A stretch of DNA of 64,000 nt from a virus (taxonomy: Duplodnaviria; Heunggongvirae; Uroviricota; Caudoviricetes): IMG/VR virus record IMGVR_UViG_2974747673_000001, positions 66,915 through 130,914 of that record; one strand, written 5' to 3'. Shown one piece after another: positions 58,442-64,000 of the stretch (position 1 is its first letter; the number at the start of each line of letters is the position of its first letter). Both the position numbers and the translations under genes were made by a program. The notes under the pieces were generated by a model. The model was not told where the DNA came from. It saw only the letters and a list, made by a program, of their open reading frames with translations, and did not search any database.

Positions 58442-58515
58442 GTACTCTTGACCGATTAGTTAGGTACTTGTCTGCAAAACAAGGTAAATTAGTGCAATTC
58501 TAATAGGGTACTCCA
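58442..58515 (+). tRNA. tRNA-Cys (GCA)
   Basis: Acceptor GTACTCT/AGGGTAC. Anticodon stem CTTGT/ACAAG with loop CTGCAAA. T stem ATTAG/CTAAT with unusual loop TGCAATT. CCA encoded. Confidence 0.55.
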
Positions 58516-58521
58516 AAATAT

Positions 58522-58610
58522 GTGTAGATATGCAAATTGGTGAAGCAAACAGACTGTAAATCTGTTCCCTCGTGGTAAACATGTAGGTTCAAATCCTACT
58601 CTACACACCA
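58522..58610 (+). tRNA. tRNA-Tyr (GTA), type II with long variable arm
   Basis: Perfect acceptor GTGTAGA/TCTACAC. Anticodon stem ACAGA/TCTGT with loop CTGTAAA. 17-nt variable region. T arm GTAGG-TTCAAAT-CCTAC. CCA encoded. Confidence 0.65.
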
Positions 58611-58613
58611 AAT

Positions 58614-58700
58614 AGAGAGTTTGCTTAATTGGTTAAAGCACCAGTCTTGAAAACTGGAGTCGTAACAGACATTAGGGTTCGAGTCCCTAACTCTCTGCCA
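58614..58700 (+). tRNA. tRNA-Ser (TGA), type II
   Basis: Acceptor AGAGAGT/ACTCTCT. D stem GCTT/AAGC. Anticodon stem CCAGT/ACTGG with loop CTTGAAA. Variable hairpin GTC..GAC. T arm TAGGG-TTCGAGT-CCCTA. CCA encoded. Confidence 0.7.
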
Positions 58701-58706
58701 ACATAT

Positions 58707-58782
58707 CTGTGGGTAGTTCAGTTGGTAGAACTCTTGTTTTGGGAACAAGAAGTCGGGAGTTCAAATCTCTCCCCACAGACCA
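58707..58782 (+). tRNA. tRNA-Pro (TGG)
   Basis: Acceptor CTGTGGG/CCCACAG. D stem GTTC/GAAC. Anticodon stem CTTGT/ACAAG with loop TTTGGGA. T arm GGGAG-TTCAAAT-CTCTC. CCA encoded. Confidence 0.7.
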
Positions 58783-58788
58783 TAATAT

Positions 58789-58936
58789 GCCATATTACCT
58801 CAAAGGTAGAGGGTCTATAAGTAGAAATAAGAGATGTGGGTTCGAGTCCTACTTTAAACTTGAGGGTTTAAATAGCTTAATTGGTAAAAGCCTTGTGAAT
58901 TATAGAAAGGTATCAGTTCAAGTCTGATATATGGCA
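58789..58936 (+). tRNA. Split or interleaved tRNA-like locus. Outer tRNA halves are separated by an 83-nt insert that carries a T arm plus 3' acceptor, followed by a 5' acceptor plus D arm of a second tRNA-like unit.
   Basis: Outer unit: acceptor GCCATAT (58789-95) pairs with ATATGGC (58929-35); D arm CCTC-AAAGGTA-GAGG; anticodon stem TCTAT (58814-18) pairs with ATAGA (58902-06); T arm ATCAG-TTCAAGT-CTGAT. Insert: GTGGG-TTCGAGT-CCTAC + TTTAAAC (58836-59), then GTTTAAA-TA-GCTT-AATTGGTAA-AAGC (58866-91). No CCA is encoded. Confidence 0.35.
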
Positions 58937-58965
58937 CATAAAATTAATAAAGGAAAATAAGATAT

Positions 58966-59205
58966 ATGTTAAAACTTTATACAAAGTCTAATTGTCCTAA
59001 TTGTTTACAACTTAAAAATGTTCTAAGTAATCATAGTATATCATTTGAGATAATTGAAGATGAGAAAGAATTAATGAGAGTTGGAAGTAAATCTAGGATA
59101 ATGTCTGCACCTATTTTAGAAATCAATGAAAAATATTATAGTTATCAAGATTTTAATAATTTCATTGAAATATTTTCACAAATATTATTAAAAAATTCTA
59201 AATAA
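58966..59205 (+). CDS. NrdH/glutaredoxin-like redoxin
   Basis: 79 aa, N-terminal 'KSNCPNCLQLK' CxxC thioredoxin-fold motif. Confidence 0.65.
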   Translation: MLKLYTKSNCPNCLQLKNVLSNHSISFEIIEDEKELMRVGSKSRIMSAPILEINEKYYSYQDFNNFIEIFSQILLKNSK

Positions 59206-59209
59206 GTGC

Positions 59210-59238
59210 TTGACAAAATAAAATTAATATGTTATAAT
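59210..59238 (+). promoter_or_regulatory. sigma-A-type promoter TTGACA-N17-TATAAT
   Basis: -35 at 59210-15 and -10 at 59233-38. Followed by a ~460 bp non-coding leader carrying repeats. Confidence 0.55.
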
Positions 59239-59249
59239 ACAAATATAAA

Positions 59250-59545
59250 GAACATTACAGCAATATAAATTCTAATAAATTTGATACTGCAAATATTGAA
59301 AGAGAAAGATGTTCTTTTAAAATAAACAATAAACAGAATATAACAGCAAACACTTGGTTAATAGAGCAATATACTTTTAATATATCAAGCTAATTAAAAT
59401 ATTCTGTTATGATACCCATACAGTTGCTAACAGCAAATTATTTTGTAAATACAAATTTATAATTCGGAAAAAATTAAAATAGGATATTAAAACAAAAAGC
59501 AACTGTTCTATAAGGTTGTAAAATATACAGAACTTTACAGCAAAC
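59250..59545 (+). repeat. iteron-like repeats WWACAGCAA (x4) plus an ACAGTTGC direct/inverted pair in a non-coding region
   Basis: TTACAGCAA ~59257, TAACAGCAA ~59344, TAACAGCAA ~59429, TTACAGCAA ~59537. ACAGTTGC at ~59420 and its reverse complement GCAACTGT at ~59500. Confidence 0.35.
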
Positions 59546-59699
59546 TGAACAATAAAAAGAAGATGATTAATAGTAAAGCTACCAATTTTACAAATTACAT
59601 TTATTTGTGCAGAGGGTATTACCTTATGTGCTGTTTAGGTTACAATAAGTTCTGTAAATTTATATTTATAAATACAAATTTAAGAGAAAAGGAGAAAAT

Positions 59700-59987
59700 A
59701 TGGCAGAAAAAATTAATATTGGAGATATTGCTAAAACTTTAAGAGAAAAAGGTATTGGCAATTCTAACAAAGATAATGAAACAATTATTAAAGGTGTAGT
59801 TGATATTATCAAAGATTCTTTGGTAGACGGAAAAGATGTGTCAATCTTTGGTTTAGGTACATTTTCTGTGAAAGATGTAGAAGAAAGAGCAGGAGTAAAC
59901 CCACAAACAGGAGAAGCATTAACTATTCCTGCACACAAATCGCCAAAATTTAAGTTTTCACAAACTGTAAAAGATTTAGTAAAATAA
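59700..59987 (+). CDS. hup: HU/IHF-family histone-like DNA-binding protein
   Basis: 'FGLGTFSVKDVEERAGVNPQTGEALTIPAHKSPKFKFSQ' is the canonical HU arm signature. RBS AAGGAG. Confidence 0.9.
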   Translation: MAEKINIGDIAKTLREKGIGNSNKDNETIIKGVVDIIKDSLVDGKDVSIFGLGTFSVKDVEERAGVNPQTGEALTIPAHKSPKFKFSQTVKDLVK

Positions 59988-60053
59988 ATCCACATATGAT
60001 TTATAAAAGTTGTTTAGAGATTCCCAGACAGAGTTCAAAAACAACGAAAAAAT

Positions 60054-60082
60054 AAGAGAGGTAATAGCAGACTACCTCTCTT
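60054..60082. terminator. strong hairpin AAGAGAGGTA/TACCTCTCTT downstream of hup (orientation ambiguous)
   Basis: 10-bp perfect stem, flanked by an A-run upstream and AT-rich sequence downstream. Confidence 0.35.
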
Positions 60083-60134
60083 ATAAAATAAATAAAAGTG
60101 TGGGACACATTGTATAACATTAGGAGGTGGGTGT

Positions 60135-60323
60135 ATAAAGTTAGAAGCAAAAATACATATATATTACCCTACTAAAAAGCATAAACATAAGTATGCTAGA
60201 ATACAAATACCTATGAAATATTGGGAATTAATGGGGGTAACAGATGAAGAACCTTATGTAAATATAGAGTTTGATACAAAAAATAAAAAAATAGTAATTA
60301 CAAAGAGTAAAAAAGGAGAATAA
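60135..60323 (+). CDS. AbrB/SpoVT family small protein, paralog 3, with a non-ATG (ATA) start or a mutated start
   Basis: 'ARIQIPMKYWELMGVTDEEPYVNIEFDTKNKKIVITK' is paralogous to 51001..51228 over the full length. AGGAGG lies 7 nt upstream of ATA at 60135. The first in-frame ATG is at 60213 and would truncate the conserved domain. Confidence 0.35.
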   Translation: MKLEAKIHIYYPTKKHKHKYARIQIPMKYWELMGVTDEEPYVNIEFDTKNKKIVITKSKKGE

Positions 60324-60330
60324 TATAAAA

Positions 60331-61122
60331 ATGGCAAATGAAATTATCACAATAAATAGAATAGAAATAATAACAAAAGAATATGAATCTGAAAGAGTTG
60401 TGACTGCTTGGGACATAGCAAAAGTACATCAAAGAGAAGTTAAAAGAATTAATGAGCAGTTTAATAGAAATAGAAAGAAAATGATTGAAGGAAAAGATTT
60501 TTTTAGTATTAAAAGAAACAATATTCCAAAGTCGCTTAAAGCGACCTTAGAGAATTTATGGGTATTTGCACCTGCTATGAGAGAAATAATACTTTTTACA
60601 GAAAGTGGTTATTTGATGTTAAATAAAGTATTTGAAGATGATTTAAGTTGGAATATTCAAAGACAATTAGTTAATACATATTTTAAAGCAAAAGAAATGG
60701 CAAATGAATTAAAAGCAGTAAATACAAGAATATTACCTAGTAATTATGAAGAAGCTTTAGAGGAATTACTTATCGAAGTTAAGAAAACAAAAGCCTTAGA
60801 AAGTAAAATTGAGGAAGATAGACCAAAAGTGGAATTTTATGACACAGTTGTAAAATTAGAGAAAGTGTTTGATATGAAAAAATCAGCTAAATTATTAGAT
60901 TTTATAGGGATAGGTAGAAATAGATTATATGAATTATTAAGAAAACAAAAGGTACTTATGAGAGATAATGAACCTTATCAAAGCTATATTGAAAGAAAGT
61001 GGTTTAAAATCAAAGAAGAATTAGTAGATGGAAAATTAGTATTAGTAGTTTATGTGACTCAATTAGGACTTAATGGAATAAGAAAATTATTAATTAAATT
61101 AGGTTATGAACCTAGATATTAA
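60331..61122 (+). CDS. ORF6N / KilA-C domain antirepressor-like protein
   Basis: 'RVVTAWDIAKVHQREVKRINEQF' and the C-terminus are paralogous to 27615..28403. Confidence 0.5.
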   Translation: MANEIITINRIEIITKEYESERVVTAWDIAKVHQREVKRINEQFNRNRKKMIEGKDFFSIKRNNIPKSLKATLENLWVFAPAMREIILFTESGYLMLNKVFEDDLSWNIQRQLVNTYFKAKEMANELKAVNTRILPSNYEEALEELLIEVKKTKALESKIEEDRPKVEFYDTVVKLEKVFDMKKSAKLLDFIGIGRNRLYELLRKQKVLMRDNEPYQSYIERKWFKIKEELVDGKLVLVVYVTQLGLNGIRKLLIKLGYEPRY

Positions 61123-61128
61123 AATGAA

Positions 61129-61168
61129 AATAATCTCTCGTATTAATATAACGAGAGATTATTTTATA
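61129..61168 (+). terminator. terminator hairpin after the antirepressor-like gene
   Basis: 13-bp stem AATAATCTCTCGT/ACGAGAGATTATT plus TTTTAT. Confidence 0.5.
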
Positions 61169-61182
61169 AAAAGGAGTATAAA

Positions 61183-61359
61183 ATGATAACAGTAGAATTT
61201 CTTAGTAGAACAAGAGTTGAAGCACAAGGTATGTTTTATTCCTTATATGGAGATAAAATTATAAACTTGCAGTGTTATCAAGAGGGTAATTATTTAATTT
61301 GGTATGTTCAAGGAGAAAGACATATTTGTTATATAAAGTTTGAGATAAAGGATAAATAA
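61183..61359 (+). CDS. hypothetical small protein (58 aa)
   Basis: AAGGAG RBS 7 nt upstream. Lies between two terminator hairpins. Confidence 0.3.
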   Translation: MITVEFLSRTRVEAQGMFYSLYGDKIINLQCYQEGNYLIWYVQGERHICYIKFEIKDK

Positions 61360-61380
61360 GATTATCCTTTATTTTTATAT
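61348..61380 (+). terminator. rho-independent terminator
   Basis: AAGGATAA-loop-TTATCCTT hairpin followed by TATTTTTAT. Confidence 0.5.
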
Positions 61381-61408
61381 TGACATTTTAATTACATTAT
61401 GCTATAAT
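61380..61408 (+). promoter_or_regulatory. promoter TTGACA-N17-TATAAT
   Basis: Consensus hexamers upstream of 61440. Confidence 0.55.
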
Positions 61409-61439
61409 GTTATTATAAAATTCAAAAGGAGTTGATATA

Positions 61440-62189
61440 ATGATAAAAGGAAATATAATGAATGGTGTAATTTTAATGCTTGAGGAAAATAATGTATTTA
61501 GTTATGACAATTTTTATGAATTTGTTGATTGGTTACTTCGTGAAAATATTATAGACCCTGAATTACATTATCCAATAAGTCAGTTAAATTGTAATAAAAA
61601 AGGTTATGAATTAGAAAAAATAAGTGTAACTAAAGAAAATATTAATTCTGTTAGAGTAGATTTTAAATATAAAGTAGGTTTACAAGAAAAAGATAGAATA
61701 GCAAGTGTTTATTGTAGATTAAATGATATGGAAGTATATAATTTTATTATATCTAATCATCATAAACTTGAAATTAAATTATTAGAACAAGCATATCAAT
61801 ATGATTTTTGTAAATTCTTTGGTTATAATCAAAAAATAGATATTAAGTATTTAACTAATATTGTAGATATGTTAAGATGTAAGTATTTAAGTAAAGGACA
61901 AAATCATTATATACAAGTTATAAGACAGTTTAAAGAGGTTGCAGATATATTAGGTAGTAAATATATACCTTATATAAAAATATCTCTTATAACACCCTCT
62001 TATGACCTTAAAATACAATTAGAAATAAATGAGGATACTCTTAAAAGATGTAAAACCAAAGAAGATTTAAAAAGAGCTATAAGATTTGTATATAGAGATA
62101 ATAGTGTAAATTTATTAGAATATGAAAAGGGAGATAATTTATTAAGAGATTTAATAGATTTGATAAATAAGTATGATTTTAGTAAATAA
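61440..62189 (+). CDS. hypothetical protein
   Basis: 249 aa, consensus promoter at 61380-61408. Confidence 0.45.
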   Translation: MIKGNIMNGVILMLEENNVFSYDNFYEFVDWLLRENIIDPELHYPISQLNCNKKGYELEKISVTKENINSVRVDFKYKVGLQEKDRIASVYCRLNDMEVYNFIISNHHKLEIKLLEQAYQYDFCKFFGYNQKIDIKYLTNIVDMLRCKYLSKGQNHYIQVIRQFKEVADILGSKYIPYIKISLITPSYDLKIQLEINEDTLKRCKTKEDLKRAIRFVYRDNSVNLLEYEKGDNLLRDLIDLINKYDFSK

Positions 62190-62219
62190 TTGACATTTAA
62201 AATTCATTAGTTATATATT
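62190..62219 (+). promoter_or_regulatory. promoter TTGACA-N18-TATATT followed by perfect 10-bp inverted repeat GAATAGACAA/TTGTCTATTC (62220-62247)
   Basis: -35 at 62190-95. The inverted repeat plus a T-run could also terminate transcription from 61440..62189. Confidence 0.45.
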
Positions 62220-62282
62220 GAATAGACAATCAACAAGTTGTCTATTCTTTTTATTTGCACGAGGAGTTAATATATATATACA

Positions 62283-62633
62283 ATGATACCAATAGTAATA
62301 TTAAAAGCTAAGAAAATTTATGTATATGAAGACATTAAAAGAAAAGTAGGAACAGATACTACTATACAAATACCAAGAGGTTTTGTGTCAGATGGTGCTA
62401 GTATTCCTAGATTTCTTTGGGCTATCTTTCCACCTTTTCATAGATGGACTGATAGTGCTATTATACACGATTTTCTTTATAAAACACAATTCATAGATAG
62501 AAAAATATGCGACAAGATATTCTTAGATTGTATGATAGAAGACGGAGTTAATAAAATAGTTGCTTATTTATTCTATTTTAATGTAAGAGTGTTTGGTAAA
62601 TTTGCTTGGAAAAAACATACAAAGTCTAAATAA
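62283..62633 (+). CDS. DUF1353-like phage protein
   Basis: 'GFVSDGASIPRFLWAIFPPF...SAIIHDFLY' matches the DUF1353 signature. Confidence 0.5.
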   Translation: MIPIVILKAKKIYVYEDIKRKVGTDTTIQIPRGFVSDGASIPRFLWAIFPPFHRWTDSAIIHDFLYKTQFIDRKICDKIFLDCMIEDGVNKIVAYLFYFNVRVFGKFAWKKHTKSK

Positions 62634-62649
62634 AGACAAGGAGAAACAG

Positions 62650-63066
62650 ATGAATTTTTTAGCATCATTTTTAGGTGGAAAGTTATTTAATAGTATTATA
62701 GATATTATAAAACCATTTCTACCTACTGACGAAAAAACACAAGGAGAAATACTTGAAAAATTAGGTAATTTACAAATAGAGGAATTAAAAGAAAGAGGAA
62801 ATTATATAGATAAACTAGGTAGAATAAAAGATTTAGTTATCCCAGCATTCCTATTTATGTTATTGTTAATGTTTAGTGTAAATTACTTTGTAGAATTAGG
62901 TTATTCAATGGCACATAAAATACCACCTGTAATGGTTATAGATAATACTTTAGTTAGTATTTGTGATACTATAATAATGTTCTTGTTTGGTTCTAAAACA
63001 ATTTCAAGATTTAGTGAAAGCTATGTAAATTACAAGTATGGTAATCAAATCAGAGAGATAAGATAA
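62650..63066 (+). CDS. holin-like membrane protein
   Basis: Start at the ATG preceded by AAGGAGAAAC. Hydrophobic helices 'LVIPAFLFMLLLMFSVNYFV' and 'LVSICDTIIMFLFG'. Immediately upstream of the amidase gene. Confidence 0.4.
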   Translation: MNFLASFLGGKLFNSIIDIIKPFLPTDEKTQGEILEKLGNLQIEELKERGNYIDKLGRIKDLVIPAFLFMLLLMFSVNYFVELGYSMAHKIPPVMVIDNTLVSICDTIIMFLFGSKTISRFSESYVNYKYGNQIREIR

Positions 63067-63623
63067 TGGAAAAAGAAACAGTTGTGTTAATAGTAGGACA
63101 TAATAGTGTTTCTAAAGGTGCATATTCTAATATTTTAAATATGTCAGAATATGATTATAACTTAGAAGTTGCTAATAAAGTTCTTGTTAGACAAAATGAA
63201 TTAAAATATAATATAAGAGTGCTATTTAGAAAACCTAACCCTAGTTATTCTTATCAAATGAAAGAATTATTAGGAGAATTAGATAAAGAAATATATAAAG
63301 TTGCAGTGGAATTACATTTTAATGCACCTGCAAAAATAGATGATACAGAAACACAAGGAGCATTAGCTTTATGCTACTATAAAAATGAAAAAGCAAAAGA
63401 AATAATAAATAAATATTTTGAAGCTATTAAGAAATATAGACCTAATCACATTATAAGAGGAATAATACCTAGTAAAACAGAAAAGGACAGAGGAGGGTAT
63501 GGTATTTGTAACTCAAAAGGTACATATATCTTAGTAGAACCTTTTTTTGCTAATAATAAAGAAAATGTATTATCCGTAAATGAATATGTAGAGGTGTTAA
63601 TTACATTTATTAATAGCTTATAA
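63066..63623 (+). CDS. N-acetylmuramoyl-L-alanine amidase-like endolysin (Amidase_3-type)
   Basis: 'LIVGHNSVSKGAYS', 'EYDYNLEVANKV' and 'ELHFNAPA' match the zinc-amidase GH..GA ... E ... HxN pattern. ATGA overlap with the holin-like gene. Confidence 0.5.
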   Translation: MEKETVVLIVGHNSVSKGAYSNILNMSEYDYNLEVANKVLVRQNELKYNIRVLFRKPNPSYSYQMKELLGELDKEIYKVAVELHFNAPAKIDDTETQGALALCYYKNEKAKEIINKYFEAIKKYRPNHIIRGIIPSKTEKDRGGYGICNSKGTYILVEPFFANNKENVLSVNEYVEVLITFINSL

Positions 63624-63638
63624 AGAGAGGGTAAAATA

Positions 63639-63944
63639 ATGGAAACATTGAGTTTTAGTGAATGGTTTAAAATCTTAGGTACTATTATTGGATTTTTTAT
63701 TGGTTACACAAAATGGGTTTTGGCATCTCAAGATAAAATGAAATCAGAGTGGAAACAAGAAAAAAAGGAATTAATAAGTATGATTAGAAGTAAAATAGAT
63801 GGGAATGTTCACGATTTACAATTAACACAAGTAAATAAACAATTAAATAATTTAGAGTCTAAAATGGATAAACTTACAGAAATGTTACAAGAACTTTCTA
63901 TACAAATGGCTAGTCATACAGAAAATAGTAAGAAAATGAGCTAG
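63639..63944 (+). CDS. membrane protein with coiled coil (possible second holin or lysis accessory protein)
   Basis: Transmembrane helix 'ILGTIIGFFIGYTKWVLA' followed by a coiled-coil region. Confidence 0.35.
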   Translation: METLSFSEWFKILGTIIGFFIGYTKWVLASQDKMKSEWKQEKKELISMIRSKIDGNVHDLQLTQVNKQLNNLESKMDKLTEMLQELSIQMASHTENSKKMS

Positions 63945-64000
63945 ACAATAAAGTCTAGCTTTTATTTTAGGAGGTATAATTGAAATCAACAGCAGAAGCA

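Noticed and set aside
58629-58927. Plus-strand ORFs 58629..58820 and 58709..58927
   Set aside because: They are translations across the tRNA-Ser, tRNA-Pro and split-tRNA genes, not protein-coding sequence.
59666-59995. 109-aa minus-strand ORF antisense to hup
   Set aside because: The plus-strand frame encodes a canonical HU protein with an RBS; the antisense frame is an artefact.
60228-60416. 62-aa minus-strand ORF
   Set aside because: Antisense to the AbrB-like/antirepressor gene pair; hydrophobic low-complexity product.
62593-62649. Upstream extension of the holin-like ORF (track start at 62593)
   Set aside because: It would overlap the 3' end of the DUF1353 gene in another frame. The RBS AAGGAGAAAC supports the ATG at 62650.
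1-64000. CRISPR array, integrase/attachment site, or rRNA genes
   Set aside because: No regularly spaced direct repeats with unique spacers were seen. No tyrosine- or serine-recombinase motifs appear in any frame. No rRNA-like sequence. The tRNA array is followed by ordinary phage genes rather than a host junction.

Overview
The window is a strongly AT-rich segment of a large phage or prophage genome (low-GC Firmicutes/Fusobacteria-type sigma-A promoters and GGAGG ribosome-binding sites) with no integrase and no CRISPR array. It has two divergent transcription blocks. Genes at 1-48666 are almost all on the minus strand; genes at 49340-63944 are on the plus strand; a ~670 bp control region lies between them. 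The minus block is a DNA replication, recombination and nucleotide metabolism module. It encodes family A DNA polymerase, ATP-dependent DNA ligase, a TOPRIM primase-like protein, DnaB-like and RecD/Dda-like helicases, Sak4-like ATPase, SSB-like protein, RNase H, metallophosphoesterase nuclease, Cas4-like PD-(D/E)XK nuclease, dUTPase, guanylate-kinase-like dNMP kinase, a divergent ThyX-like protein, FolD, a HAD phosphatase, C5-cytosine and two N6-adenine methyltransferases, a Fic protein, a macro-domain protein, a Ro60/TROVE-like vWA protein and a Thg1-like tRNA-His guanylyltransferase homolog. Its start carries a partial tail-fibre-like gene. The plus block encodes small AbrB/SpoVT-like regulators paired with ORF6N/KilA-C antirepressor-like proteins, and a trifunctional polynucleotide kinase / lambda-type phosphatase / Rnl1-type RNA ligase (Pnkp-like RNA repair enzyme). 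Immediately downstream of that enzyme is a tRNA array (His, CAT-anticodon, Cys, Tyr, Ser, Pro) ending in an unusual interleaved or split tRNA-like locus. The block continues with NrdH-like glutaredoxin, HU, and a holin-endolysin cassette. Most genes are flanked by near-consensus TTGACA-N17-TATAAT promoters and hairpin-plus-T-run terminators. The most notable candidate system is a phage-borne tRNA repair / anti-anticodon-nuclease toolkit: the Pnkp-Rnl fusion, the tRNA array, the Thg1-like enzyme, and a eukaryote-like A73 tRNA-His.
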